Below are positions 40,886 to 53,909 of a stretch of 64,000 bases of DNA, piece after piece. The stretch is from Basidiobolus meristosporus CBS 931.73. Taxonomy: Eukaryota > Fungi > Basidiobolomycota. Below the pieces are notes generated by a model that saw nothing but the letters and a program-made list of their open reading frames with translations, was not told the DNA's origin and did not search any database. The stretch spans positions 197,009 to 261,008 of the forward strand of contig MCFE01000012.1 of the NCBI GenBank assembly GCA_002104905.1. The letters run 5' to 3'. The number at the start of each line of letters is the position of its first letter. Position 1 is the first letter of the stretch. The translations under genes and the position numbers were made by a program.

Positions 40886-42037
40886 ATGATGAGCAGATTT
40901 CTTAACCGTGCCAACATCGCGTTTGTAACGAATCTGTTGAACCTCTTGCTATTCGTACTGGTCCTCACGGCAGGTATATTGAATATTATCGAAGGTTCAA
41001 AGAATTTTGCATATATCATTTCAAACGTATACATATGGTATGAATTCAACCCGGCATGTACTCCTAGTCGGCGGACAAGCTAACCCTCGTGAATCTTTAT
41101 AGTTTGTTGGCAATCTTTCTGTTTGTAACCGAAATCGTATGCTTCAAGAAAGTCATCCAACAATGTGAATTTATTTATTCCCACCGGGGACGTGGATTCG
41201 CTTATTTTTAGTAAGTATTTCTGATCTCCAGCAAGTGTGAGAAACGGCCATGTTCGATGCGACGCACATACACCATCACTAACATAGAGCATTATTAGCC
41301 TGGGCTGTTTAATTTATCCAAAAGATTCGTTGTTCCATCAGTTTGCCGGGATTTATTGTATGACCGTAGCCTGCCTGCTCCTCGTTTTGTCATTCATCAA
41401 ACAATTTCCTGGCCGGTGCGAACTCAAAATTAGCCTACGCTGGATGAGGAGAGGACTGTCTGGGTTGGAGCCGGAGCTAAAAGACATTAACGATCAAGGG
41501 CCAGTGGCAGACTCTCAGCCCGCACGAGTGGAGGAGGCACATGGCTCACGGGACCAAACTCAGCAAGTGTCTTCCTACACATCAGCCATCGCTAACCCCT
41601 TGGTCTATCCAAAGCACGTTTACCAACCTGCGTCCAGAGCGAGCGAGCTAAATCCCAGCTTAAATCCGAGCTCTATGGCTCCACAAGCCCATGGGTACAA
41701 TGGCCCAGTGGCGGGCGAAGAGAGCACATCTAATAGAGTCTCTAGATACCCGGGGCCATACCCACCAAACTTTGTTGATAGAAATCTGTCAATCAATGCT
41801 TCCCCCTGGAATACCATTCATCCCAGTCAATATCCTTACACATCACCAAATCGATGGATGTACAACCCTTCTATCAGAACATATGCTCCCATGAATGGAT
41901 CTCCGTATTATTTACCCACGCAGTTCAAGTCCCCGACACAACTACAACCACAACCACAGCTACATTTGCCACCTTCCAATGCGGGCGGATCCAGAAATGT
42001 GGCCTCCGAAGAAGATGCTAGAGCTTCCGAGTCTTGA
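40886..42037 (+). CDS. COPI-associated/TVP15-like Golgi membrane protein with Pro/Tyr-rich C-terminal tail (introns)
   Basis: Hydrophobic helices, LFVTEI...F.YSHRGRGFAYF, then LGCL and further TM segments; GT-AG introns at ~41035 and ~41213. Confidence 0.7.
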
Positions 42038-45000
42038 GAAAGCTTTCGCTGGAACTGGTCAGAGTTTTAGTCGCTTGAGGCATTAGTTGGCATTCAGTTT
42101 TGATTTGGCTCCACCTGTCCCCTCTCACTTGATCTTACTGTCTTTCATGGGTGTAATGAATTGAAGTGCCCTTTCAAAATAAACGGGTTGAGATAACCAC
42201 CAAGATTGCTGCCCGCATCTGCATTATCGCTGAGCGTTCACCGCTGCCACCTCGAGAGATGTGGTTGCCAATATGCGTGGAATAGTTGGCAGTAGGCAAT
42301 CCGAGGGTGCAAGAGTCATGAATCCAAGAGAAAGTTCTTTTAATCACGACAATGGTACATGTGCCAGGTGAGCGGTTGCATATTCCATATGTTGGGAGAA
42401 CGTGTATGCTCCAGCTGATCACAGGGTCGATGGATCTATTTTGATAACGATGTGTACAAAAGGCATTATCGGTTGGCTCCAGTATGATTTTTTGGTGGAG
42501 GCTTGTGTCTCTATTCACAATGTTTATCCGCCTGCGAGATTCAGTTTAGCCAGAGACAGATTTGTTGGTATAGCCGATGATAACATGATCCGCAAGGAGA
42601 TATCGAGGGATAAAAGGTATACATAACAGGGTTTTCATTAATTGAAACAGGAAAAATGATAGATGAAGAACGCCACCTTCACCGTTGTACAAGTCATGGA
42701 GCAATCTGATTCCTTAGTTTCCGTTACGATACTTCCAATGCTAGCTCGCCGGTAGTGCTAACTGAGGTGTTTCCACTGGTTATGGTAGTGTGGTCCTTTT
42801 ATGTTCGACAGGTAATGTGTCCAATACATTTGTAATACTGCAGAGTGACGGTAAAGATACATATCAGTTATTTGTAAGCACATTCATGGGATTCTCTGGT
42901 AGATTTGGAGGCATGGGGATGGAGAATCAAGATGATTCCTAAACAGCCGCTTCATCATCAAGCGAAAAGGAGCCTGACCTATCTAAACACCGAGATCCAT
43001 TTCTTTCACGCATACATATGTATTAGTCTTGGCCATTTACGTGGTTTGATCATGCCCAGAGTACACTGGAAGCCTACTCATTCTGGCACATGTTTGTACA
43101 GTTTAGTACACATATATATAACGTGTTACACGGAAAATTCCCAATGAGCGGAAGAGCATGGCACCTACATACGTAGTGCACTGAGGGCAATGCCTATTCT
43201 GTCCATTTGTAAACAACTTTGGGAGCAGTGAAGTTGCTAGGAATGAACGGTCGAAGTTACTCAAGTGTCATAATTCCCACCAAAATAGATGACTATCGTA
43301 TTGGAAGTATCAAGGATCCTACCATGCTGGTCGGACCACTATGGTGTATAGCGAGGTACAATCATGGCTGTGTTGCGGTACTTGTGGCTCTAATTTCTTT
43401 ACGATCTTGTGTACTACTTCAACACAATCTGAGCCGATTGAGTCACCGTCTGGATAATATCGGATTCCAAAAAAGTCTGCTTGTCTCTTTTCTGCCCAAT
43501 TCAGCATTTGGTGGAAAGCGAGCTCGTTCTCAGTTCCAAATTGGGACTGTACATGACACCAGACTCTTCGGAATGCTGATGCTCTTCATCACCATCAATA
43601 ATGAATTAAAACGAGCCGAATAGTGGAGCCGCAGTCAACCTAATGAATTGATTCTAGTATTAACGTCAACCATCATCTCGATCGAGATTCAGCGGGGGTG
43701 CCTACAATCATGCCGAAAAACAAGAGCCCAGCGCCAGCGTGCCATGGCGGAAAACCGTTGGTTTGCCGGGGCTCATATCCCCGGATCCAGTGCCTATTCC
43801 AAAGTTAAAATTCGTTTGACGCAGTCAGGTTGAAACAGATGATGGGAATCTGAATGATCAGATAAACTACGATCCGTTTGATGTGATACATACATCTAAA
43901 AAGATGGAGATTTCTGCTTTGTGACAAGAATCGATATCACTTGATCAAACACTATGTTAAGCTCCTCAATGCGAACCGAGCCAATGGTAAGAGTACAGGA
44001 ATCCTGGCTATTCGTTGCCCCCACCCTTACCGTCCGACCAGCCGCACATGGTGCGCTAACGCTTGGCGGGAAAGACGGCCAAGGGGTGTTGGCAGTCGGG
44101 CGGCCCTCTTAAGGTTTCCCGTATGGCTACCGAAGGCGATGAGCCGTGCACCCCATCGTTCGATGCTTTCATCCGACTTGGTCAAATCACAACCCATGCC
44201 TTGGAGGCAAGGAGTGTCATCATTTGCTCATGAGGAGGTAACCCATACACTCACCGATTGTCAGAAATCAGCAGGAACGGATCGGATCGCATTTCCAAAA
44301 ACATACACTCTGATTGACTTAGAATACCTTGTAATCTCGGGCTAAACTGTGCCCAGACCTTCGCACAGCGCACGCCATAAGTATAAATCCACCTGCGATC
44401 TGGATTTGCCAAGTATTCACTGTAGTGCAATGAGCATGTACACAAAATGAAGCGCGATCATCAGTACTGAGCCTAACCCTAGCCAGCCTTCAGTCTGGGT
44501 GTGGGTCGGTGTCCACAGGGCTATCTCCTCCCCTCGCCTAACACTGACACCAACACAAAACACATTTGAAACCAGATTAGCTAACAATGAGGAGGAGCTC
44601 TATTGGCGGCGCTCCCATGAATCACTATTGAAACTTGATCAGATGGCTGAGAATCCGTTCTGTCTGATCGAGTGTAAATTATCATCCGGAGCTATGCTAG
44701 AGACAGGGACTCTGAAAGTCTCAATTTTAGATTATAGCTACGTACCTGCCATTATGATTATTTCCTTGTTTGGACAGAAGCCTTGCAAGTGTCTCCGATT
44801 GTAATCGATTTGAGAAGGGTTCTTAATATATATGCTGGCCAACTATTTAGGAAGGCTACGCTCTGTACTGAAGTGATACCTGGTTGAGCTTGGCATACCT
44901 CCATTATCCATTCCGGTTTGCAAGAGGACCATAAGAGCCATCAGGCTTCCATTCCTGCTCAATATGTTCGACCATTGAGGAGATTTTCGGCATTGTAGCA

Positions 45001-45480
45001 TGAATTGGCTGAACTGGTAATGCTACTTTTGGTCAGGAGGACTGATCATTAATGATTACTTATCATAATATCTTTGTTAGATTGCTTAATTCAATGACAT
45101 GAAAGGTTTGGCCCGTTTGATATTGTATTTTGCAAATACCCAAATACATCAATAACAGGTTTGTCGCTCCTAGAGCCTTGATCAGTATAAAAGAACGGAC
45201 CCGCAGCATCGACCGAACTACTTATTTTGCTACTTAATTCCCTTGATGCACATCTTGATTTCATCTTCGTAAATCTTATAAATTTCATCCCTTATAATAT
45301 TGAGATTGGGCAATCATTCATATTTGTAATAGTATGTCTCGCTTCTCACATTCAAAATCTGCAAGGAAAAACACGAGCCAAAACCCAACAGACACGAATG
45401 TCTCTTTCAACAACCCACACGAGGCCCCTAGCCATTCCCATATTCCATTCAATCCTCACCGGCCCGAAGCGATACCCATA

Positions 45481-46490
45481 ATGGCCAGGCCAAGTGCACA
45501 CACAAATGAGGGTGAGTGGATGCACAGATATTCTTCTGGGTGGTCGTGCTTATACTGATGTAGGTTCTTACTAACAAAGGCTGCTTATAAACAGGCTTAG
45601 GGATTCACGATGCATATATAGAGCTGGCCAATAACCTTCAGAATTCCTTGCAAACATCATCCTCAGAACCTCTCCATTGCATGCCTCAAGAATACACACA
45701 CAGTCAGAGCTGGTTAAGTGAGCCTGCTTCTGCACCTCCAATGCAGGACAGCCTACACTCTTCTGATATCCATATCCAACATCAGATACACGAACAGAAT
45801 GCGAATCTAAATCCTGGTTTAACATTTGCCTTCAATACACAATATCCAGGCAGCTGGAATACGTCGTGGGCCCATTACACCTACCCGGAAGCCCCCGAAG
45901 TCCCTTCAAATGGCGAACCTTTACTATCCTACGGCTATACGCTGCAACCAGGGCTGCCAATTAACTTGGGCTATCCGCCAGTGACAAACGGTGGATCGCA
46001 AGGAGAGGACGTCATTCGTTCAACTGCACATTATAAACCTGTAAGTACTCCGTCATTGAGTATGGCGATCTCACAGCACAGTGCTGAGGGGAATAGTGCG
46101 GGCAGCCAACCACTTGGAGCGGTCCAGAGCATAAACAGTACAGTCTCGTCTCCTATATCGGATCCGCCCTCACCATACAACTACCTCTCTGTCCAAATGC
46201 CACCAAGCCCAATCCCAGTCTACAGTTACTCTGACGATGATGTACGAAACCTACGCATGAGTTTATCAAGTAAATCATCGAGTTCTGCAAGTATGCTGAC
46301 CAGTCAGAGATCCCTAGAGAATATCCGCCATGAATGCCCGTACTGCCGAAGACAATTCCGTCGTAAGCACGATCTACAGCGACACATTAGACTGCATACT
46401 GGCGAGAGGCCGTATCGTTGCGATAATTGTTCCAAATCATTTTATCGCACTGATGCTCTGGTGAGGCATGTTAGATCTGAACATCTATGA
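45481..46490 (+). CDS. C2H2 zinc-finger transcription factor (intron 45512-45594)
   Basis: CPYCRRQFRRKHDLQRHIRLHTGERPYRCDNCSKSFYRTDALVRHVRSEH. A phase-1 intron links the ATG at 45481 in frame. Confidence 0.88.
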
Positions 46491-48793
46491 GATCCAAGAT
46501 GAAGAGTTCCAATTCAATAAAATACACTTGATGCTTTGTTAATGATGAACAATTTCATGTGATTCCAATTTCAATAGGTTGGGTGATGATGACACAATCC
46601 ATTAAAAGGCTCAGCTGGTTCACAGAAGACCAAGGCAAGCCATTCAGCCGCCATATGCGGAACATGTCTATCCGAGAGCATCACCTTGGGAAATTCTGGT
46701 AAATGGGGAGGATTCTTGCACCTGCAAGCTTATCTCAACTTACGTTAGCAATAATCACTTGGGTTGTGTAATGTGAGCCTGTGAACCAGTATATTAGAGC
46801 CAAGGAAGACACAGGACTCATTCGTCAGTTTGTGCATTGAACATGCGAAATCAGTGGAGATGGTGGGGTGCAGGTACTCTAGACAAGAGTTCGCAAATGA
46901 ATGCAATTCGGTTATGGCGTCAGAGGCATTTACTCCCTTGAGGCCAATCATCAGACGTTTTCTGGTGTACAATTAGATCTGAACGAACCATTAGGACTGC
47001 TAATGCCGAAAATGGAATTGATACGCTGGTTTTTAATGCCTGGGATTCAGTAGGTTACACACAGATGATCAACTTGGCCCGACTACAGCTCCAAGCCGAA
47101 TCACATAGCAATTGGTGAAATGATACCAAATCGAGGACTGGCTGGAGTCCTCCAAGAATGTAATCTTTTGACAAATACTATTAGCAGGGCGTGGCGAAAA
47201 AATCCGGTTTCTGTAGCCACGGACGCTACCCAATCTCTGATAACCAACGTAGCCCATGATTGAAACAGCTTATGCCTCCAATTTGTAAAACCGAAACTCG
47301 TGGCGTCAGAACAGCTTAGAGCCAAGTAAATATCATTGCGGAACGGATACCATGCTGCAGCCAATTTCGGTAGGAAGCCGCCAATGACCAGGGGATGTTC
47401 GTTTTGTGATGTATATGTAGGCCTTGAATATAACAAGCTCTAGCTGTTCAGCATAGAAAATTCAGATTTACTACAACCTGTTTTATTTCCCATTGCATGC
47501 ACGACTTACTAATCCAGACATGTAGAGCGTAGAGAGATGATACCTTGCAACCAAATAATCTCTAATAAACTCAAACCAGTGCATCTACAGTGTCCATGAT
47601 ACAATGCGCCACGCTGTGGCGGTTTGTAAGCCAATAAGACAGGTGATGCTATTTCACAAACATGCATACAGTAAGAGGTGACCTGACGAGGTGCTATCAA
47701 CAGTTGAGAATGGACCCACCGCATGCTGACAGGGCCTGAAGAAAGGTTGGCCATTCTAATAGTTGTTTTCTACACGTCAACAGTGATGTTGATCCATCAG
47801 TAACGCATCAATGTCATTACAATCACAAGGACAGACACTGTTCTGGGTGATTCGACATAATTTTTTTGGGACCATGAAGTAAAGTTCCAAGTATCATCTG
47901 ATTGCTTGCGATCAAAAATCTCGTGTCGCATGTCGAAAAATAACTCAGGAGAGGAGAGGCGTGAGTGATTCTCAAATCAATGGGTGAGTCACGTATGAGC
48001 GCAGTTGGCTATTACTGAAAGTATTCGCCTTGTGTTGGCATGTGCCTTTATTAGTCACATTCCAGGCGGCACGCGGAGCTGAGTGACGTCGCAAATATAA
48101 CATGACCGTTCAATTGGTTACAAATAGAGGGCAAGGCCAGCGTAGAACTAATTTGAATACAAGAATGTCTCCTACCGTAGTGATTTTTAAGCTCCACGCT
48201 CTTACTTTGTGCGGCTGTTAGGCTGCTGGCCTTCATGTGCTGATTTTATCATCCAGCCAGTTCTCTTGACTCAGGAATCGGTGTTCTCCCTAGACCCCGT
48301 GCTTACGGTCTTGTTTTTGCTGTCAAAGTTCGGCTGCTGTTTGGTTCCCAGATACTCGCCCATTGCTTAGGTTCACAGGCATGATCGAGTAATACGTAGC
48401 TAATGGGGGAGTTCTGATACAAGGAGACTAGGCAATCTTGAAATTGGGAATCATCACGTTAAATACGTGAATTCACCTCATTGAACATGGCTGATTCGAT
48501 CATATAATTAAGTTGATTGGAAAATTTTAACACCTGACCGCGACGATTAGAAAATCGTAACACCTTGCCATTGTTATGAATATCTAGTACATGGCCCAGC
48601 CAGCTTAGATGCAGGTGCTGAATCAGCTACTCGGACTTGAGACTTCCCGGAATATAGTTATTCAGTTTATTGGCAGAGCTGGCGTAGATCTAGGTTATGG
48701 CAGTATTCCAAAACAGATTCCCGTATATTCTAGCCATTAAATCGTGCCCAAGGTCAATCACCCTAAGGATGCCCGGGACAACGACCAGTCTGT

Positions 48794-49883
48794 TTAGGCT
48801 CTACTTAATTTCCAAGCAGTGACAAACAGAGAGGTCATAAACACTGGTGTACGGGTGCCACAGTAATGGTGTACCTTGACGAAGTAGTCCTCAATAAAGG
48901 TGCTCATATCCTCGTCACTATCGAATATATTGCACTTTGTCAAACCAGACTGCAGCTGCGGCCAGATGAATGACCTAAGCTGTTCCATACCGTGTTCTCC
49001 ATGTACCAAGGTATTCTCAAGTGAATGCGAGACACAGTCGATCAAACGAAACGAGGGGACTCTATCAAGTGCTTACTGGATATTTTCCGGTGTTCGCAAC
49101 AGGTGTGATGTGAGAGTAAAACGCAGTAACATGGGATCAACATTGTGCTCATCTCTGTGCTGCTGCCAAACGTTATCTAAATCCAATAAAGTGTCACAAT
49201 GACTAAGCATAGATGCCACCAAATAACCGCCTTGCTTCAATTCCCTTGCCCGGTGAGTGAAGAATACCACCAACTGCTCTTGGGCTTCATGTTGAACTTG
49301 TTGCATCTACTCAGGGTCTATCATGAAGGATGAAAGAGTTAATGGACGATAGAGAGGCGTGCTAACTTTATGCATCCAATGGGCACTATTAAAGCAGACA
49401 CTAAGGTCCAAGGTGTTGCGAGGGAGGCATTCATTGTAAAATGATCTTGGCGATACTAGACTCAGAATATCGTTATCCGGATGAGCTGTGACGATTTCAT
49501 GGTTTTGGTGTGTTAAACCGGGATCATTCAGGCATTTAAATAATTCCTCAAAATTGTTGGTGGGAAGATCGTTATGATAAACCTGAATAGCAAATGGTCT
49601 GGTATCCTGTCGTAAGGCAAGGAGCGTATCCAGCATAACGTTTATAGCTGCCATTGAATTTTTTCCATGGCTACAACCAAAGTCTCCTATGACAATGGTG
49701 GCAGTGATTCTTGGCAACAGGCGCGGAACTGTGAAATGCGTTAAGCTTGATTGGGAATAAAATATATGATTATGTTACCTACTTTTGCTATTTAATATTT
49801 TAATTCCAAATTGCTTGAACTGAGCCTGGAGTTCTGAACTAGTGCCAGTCTTTCATTGGTTGTGCCATAGGGTTACTTGGCAT
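48794..49883 (-). pseudogene. SABATH-family (SAM-dependent carboxyl) methyltransferase pseudogene
   Basis: IGDFGCSHGKNS, QVYHNDLPTNNF, SFYNECLP and SAHWMHK motifs. Three same-frame ORFs are split by in-frame TAG (49307-49309) and TAA (49073-49075), and exon 1 is frameshifted. Confidence 0.88.
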
Positions 49884-49895
49884 TTAGGGGGGGGG

Positions 49896-51046
49896 AGACA
49901 GTCACCAACAGGTGAAATCTTTATTTCAGTTGAAACAAAGAAGCCAGTGCTACTGTTGTAGCTTTGATACAAGAGTGTGTAGCTGAGGGGAATTTGTAGG
50001 TAAGTTAATAAGGAGAGATGATAGCTCTTCAGTGCTCAAGACACTGTTCAGTGGGAAGGGGGGTAGCAAGAGGGGTAAGAGTGATTTGTGAACAACATTA
50101 ATAAGGGGAATATGATAAGGATTGATACTCATCACAAAGGGAGTGTGCTGCTTCAGATATTGCTGCCAAAGGTCTGTCAAGTACTTCAGGAAAGGCCAGC
50201 TTGGGTTTTTCTGACTGCAGAATATATTGAGCAGACTTCTTGACTTCAGGATCTCCAAGTATAGTTCTCCAGCAGGAGCCAGGTGTAGTGTGGTGTTTTC
50301 TCTTCCAGGCCTTGATCAGTGGGTTGTTGTAGTGGTGAAGTCCAAGATATAATCTGGTTCTAAGGTAGAGAAGTCTGATCTTATAGGGTGTAGACCCAAA
50401 AGCACCAAGAATTGCATGTCTGTAGGGGCATTCAGGCAGATGAGGGACCAGGGAGGTAATGCGCCAGACTGCAAACTTGTCAAGCTCAGTGCAGTCTCTA
50501 GAAGTAAGAGAGAGAATTGGTAAGCCAAATTCCAGGACAGGGAAGACAAACTGCTTAAGTACAAGGAGGCAGCTGGGAGCTGAAGTTGTAGGAGGAGTAG
50601 CAGCCAGTAGTTGGTGGAGTGCCTGTCTTGCCAGGATAATTCTCTTCTTCAGGTGTGCTCCAGAGTCTAGTCCAGTAGGAAGGAGAGGAAAGCCAAGATA
50701 TGTAGCAGAAACCTGAGCAAGTAGAGTATAGTTCTCCTGGCCGATAGGACAGCCCAAAGATACTGTCTTTGGAGTGGAAAGTGGAGATTATTCTTCTGCA
50801 GATACTGGTGGATGGTCTGGGAGTCTTGTTGCATATTGGAGGAGGATACTCTGATGTCATCAGCAAAGAGAGTAACCAAGCAGTCAGCTGAGAGTCTAGG
50901 GAATTCATTCAGGAAGATGGCACACAGTATAAAACCAAGCACAGAGCCTTGAACCACTCCATTAGGAACTAATAACACAGCTGATTGCTCACTTGGGTGC
51001 AGAATTCCTGATTGTGGATCCAGAAACAATAACCGGACAAGAAGGG
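49896..51046 (-). mobile_element. Family A LINE copy A1, 5'-truncated within RT, frameshifted
   Basis: GVVQGSVLG...LFADDI fragments and the same C-terminus (LHTLVSKLQQ*) as A3; it ends at GGG|TTAGGG. Confidence 0.9.
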
Positions 51047-51109
51047 TTAGGGGGGAGACAGTCACCAACAGGTGAAATCTTTATTTCAGTTGAAACAAAG
51101 AAGCCAGTG

Positions 51110-53909
51110 CTACTGTTGTAGCTTTGATACAAGAGTGTGTAGCTAAGGGGAATTTGTAGGTAAGTTTACAAGCAGTGATGATAGTTCTCCAGTGCTCAAG
51201 ACACTGTTCAGAGGGAAGGGGGGTAGCAAGAGGGGTATGAATGATTTGTGAACAACATTAAAGAGGGGAATATGATAAGGATTTATATTCATCATAAAGG
51301 GAGTGTGCTGCTTCAGATATTGCTGCCAAAGGTCTGTCAAGTACTTCAGGAAAGGCCAGCTTGGGTTTTTCTGACTGCAGAATATATTGAGCAGACTTCT
51401 TGACTTCAGGATCTCCAAGTATAGTTCTCCAGCAGGAGCCAGGTGTAGCATGGTGTGTTCTCTTCCAGGTCTTGATCAGTGGGTTGTTGCAGTGGTGAAG
51501 TCTGACATATAAACTGGTTATAAGGTAGAGTAGTCTGATCTTGTAGGGCATAAACCCAAAAGCTCCAAGAATAGCATGTCTGTAAGGGCATTCAGGCAGA
51601 TGAGGCACCAGGGATGTAATGCACCAGACTGCAAACCTGTCAAGTTTAGTGCAGTCTCTAGAAGTAAGAGAGAGAAGTGGTAAGCCAAATTCCAGGACAG
51701 GGAAGACAAACTGCTTGAGTAGAAGGAGGCAGCTGGGAGCTGAAGTTGTAGGAGGAGTAACAGCCAGTAGCTTGTGGAGTGCTTGTCTTGCCAGGATAAT
51801 TCACATCAGGTGTGCTCCAGAGTCTATTCCAGTAGGAAGGAAAGGAAAGCCAAGATATGTAGCAGAAACTTGAGCAGGTAGAGTGTAGTTGTCCAAGTTG
51901 ATAGGACAACCCAAAGGTACTGTCTTTGCAATGGAAAGCTGGAGATTATTCTTCTACAGATACTGGTGGATGGACTGGGAATCTTGTTGCACATTGGAGG
52001 AGGATATTCTGATGTCATCAGCAAAAAGAGTAACCAGGCAGTCAGCTGAGAGTCTTGGGAAGTCATTCAGGAGGATGGCAATCAGTATAGCACCAAACAC
52101 AGTGCCTTGAACCACCTCATTAGGAACTGAGAACACAGCTGATTGCTCACTTGGGTGCAGAATTCTTGCTTGTGGATCCAGAATCAGAGACCTGACAAGG
52201 AGGGTGAGAAATATACTGGAGAGGCATTGCAACTTGGACCAGAGCAGATCTCTGTCAGCTGAATCAAAGGCCTTAGTAATATCAAACAGAATAGAGTGAT
52301 ACTTGCACTGGAGAGAGTGATCTTGGCTAAGTATGACTGCATATTTCAAGGAGAGGCCAGCAACAAAGCCAAACTGTGCAGGGTGAGACTTGAGGGAGTC
52401 AGTGTAGAGCTCCTGTGCAATCAGAAGCTCAAACACCTTTCTGCAGGTGGGCAGCAGAGAAATTGGCCTGTAGGAGCTAGGATCCAGGTGCATTCCTTTA
52501 CCCTTGTACAGTGGCAGAACATTGGCAAAGGACCATTCCTCAGGAATAGAAAGCTGGGTGGAGCATTGCTGAACAGTGGAAGCAGAAGAGCAGACATGGC
52601 CTTGGTACTAGTCTTCAGAAGCACATATGAGATTGTGTCCACACCTGGAGCAGTAGAATTGGGAAGCTTCTTGAGCACATTCTGGATTCTCTCTTGATCA
52701 AGTGCAAGTGGGATTGGCAGAGTCTTAAAGTAAGGATGAAAGCCAGGAGTTGAGTACTGCCTTGTAGTGAAGAAGATGTTAGTCAGCTGTTCTGTTGAAG
52801 GTAACTTCCTGGAAGAGGGCCTCATTGCCCTGTAGAGTCTTGACACTGTTCTTGTTATAGAGTTGGAAGATTGCAGAGGCAAAGAACTCATAATATGATC
52901 CCAGAGCTGAGTATGCAGAGTGTGGTGAATTGCCTTGGAGTGGTGTATGGCTGTCAGGAGGAGTTTCTCTGTTTTTGGGTTAGAGAAACTCAGGTAGCTT
53001 TGTTGCAGGGCAGAAACAATGGAATTCCATTTTCTTGAGGTAACAGCAGTAGTCTTGCATGGCAGTGAGAGAGAGGCAGAGACCAGAATCAGATGCTTCA
53101 CAAAGAGCCAGGCATAGTTAAGATCATCAGGCAGAGAAAGTAGCAAACTGGCAAGCTTCAAGTAGTTTGCAAAGTCTTTCTTCTGATTCTTGGTAGCTTT
53201 GTGGGTGAGCACAGTATGTTTTGGCAGCTTCTTCTTCATAACTGATTGCATAGAAAGGGACCAGGCTGGGTGGTCAGAGGCTTTCAAGGATCCTAGCTCA
53301 TCTCCAGAGGATTGTTTGACTTCATTCACAAAGTAGAGGGCAGCAGCAGAAGGGCAGATCCAGTCAACATATCTTTTCTCAGATGAGCACCTAGTGCTAG
53401 CAGATGGCTTTCTCTTAGGAAGTTCAGTAGGAATGTAGACCTTGGCCTCATTCTTGCAGTCAGAGAAGTCTTGTTTTCAGGATGGGGAATGTTGAAATCT
53501 CCAAGCAAGATAACAGGTGTTGATATAGATTGCTGGTATTGCTGAACTTTCTGGCATACAACTTGCACTTCCTGAAGGGGGAGATTTGGAGGCAGATAGC
53601 AGAGCACCAGACTGATAGTTGGCAACTGCAGAGCAGCACAGTAAGGGGAGTAGATAGGAACACAGAGCTGAGGAGTATTGATGGTAGAAGAGATGAAGCT
53701 GATAGAGGAGGTATTCTTTGTTCTAGGAGTAGAAAAGCAATGTTGATTAGTCAAAAGTGTAGAGGGTAGCTGGACATCAATCAAACACAGGAGGGAAAAT
53801 CTTGAAAGAAGTCTCTCTAGAGTTGGTCTTGATGGCTGTATGCTGTTGCAGTTAAGCAACAGAACTTCAGGTAGTCAGGCCAAAGTTGTAGCTTCTTCCT
53901 AGGCAGCAT
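51110..53909 (-). pseudogene. A2 ORF2 (APE endonuclease + reverse transcriptase), disrupted
   Basis: The ORF pieces 53326-53859, 52421-53329, 51954-52493 and smaller fragments reassemble into the A3 protein. The likely ATG at 53909 overlaps the end of ORF1. Confidence 0.85.

Noticed and set aside
42100-48700. Numerous 60-130 aa ORFs in intergenic DNA (other than the C2H2 gene)
   Set aside because: There are no recognisable domains, splice-consistent models or coding bias.
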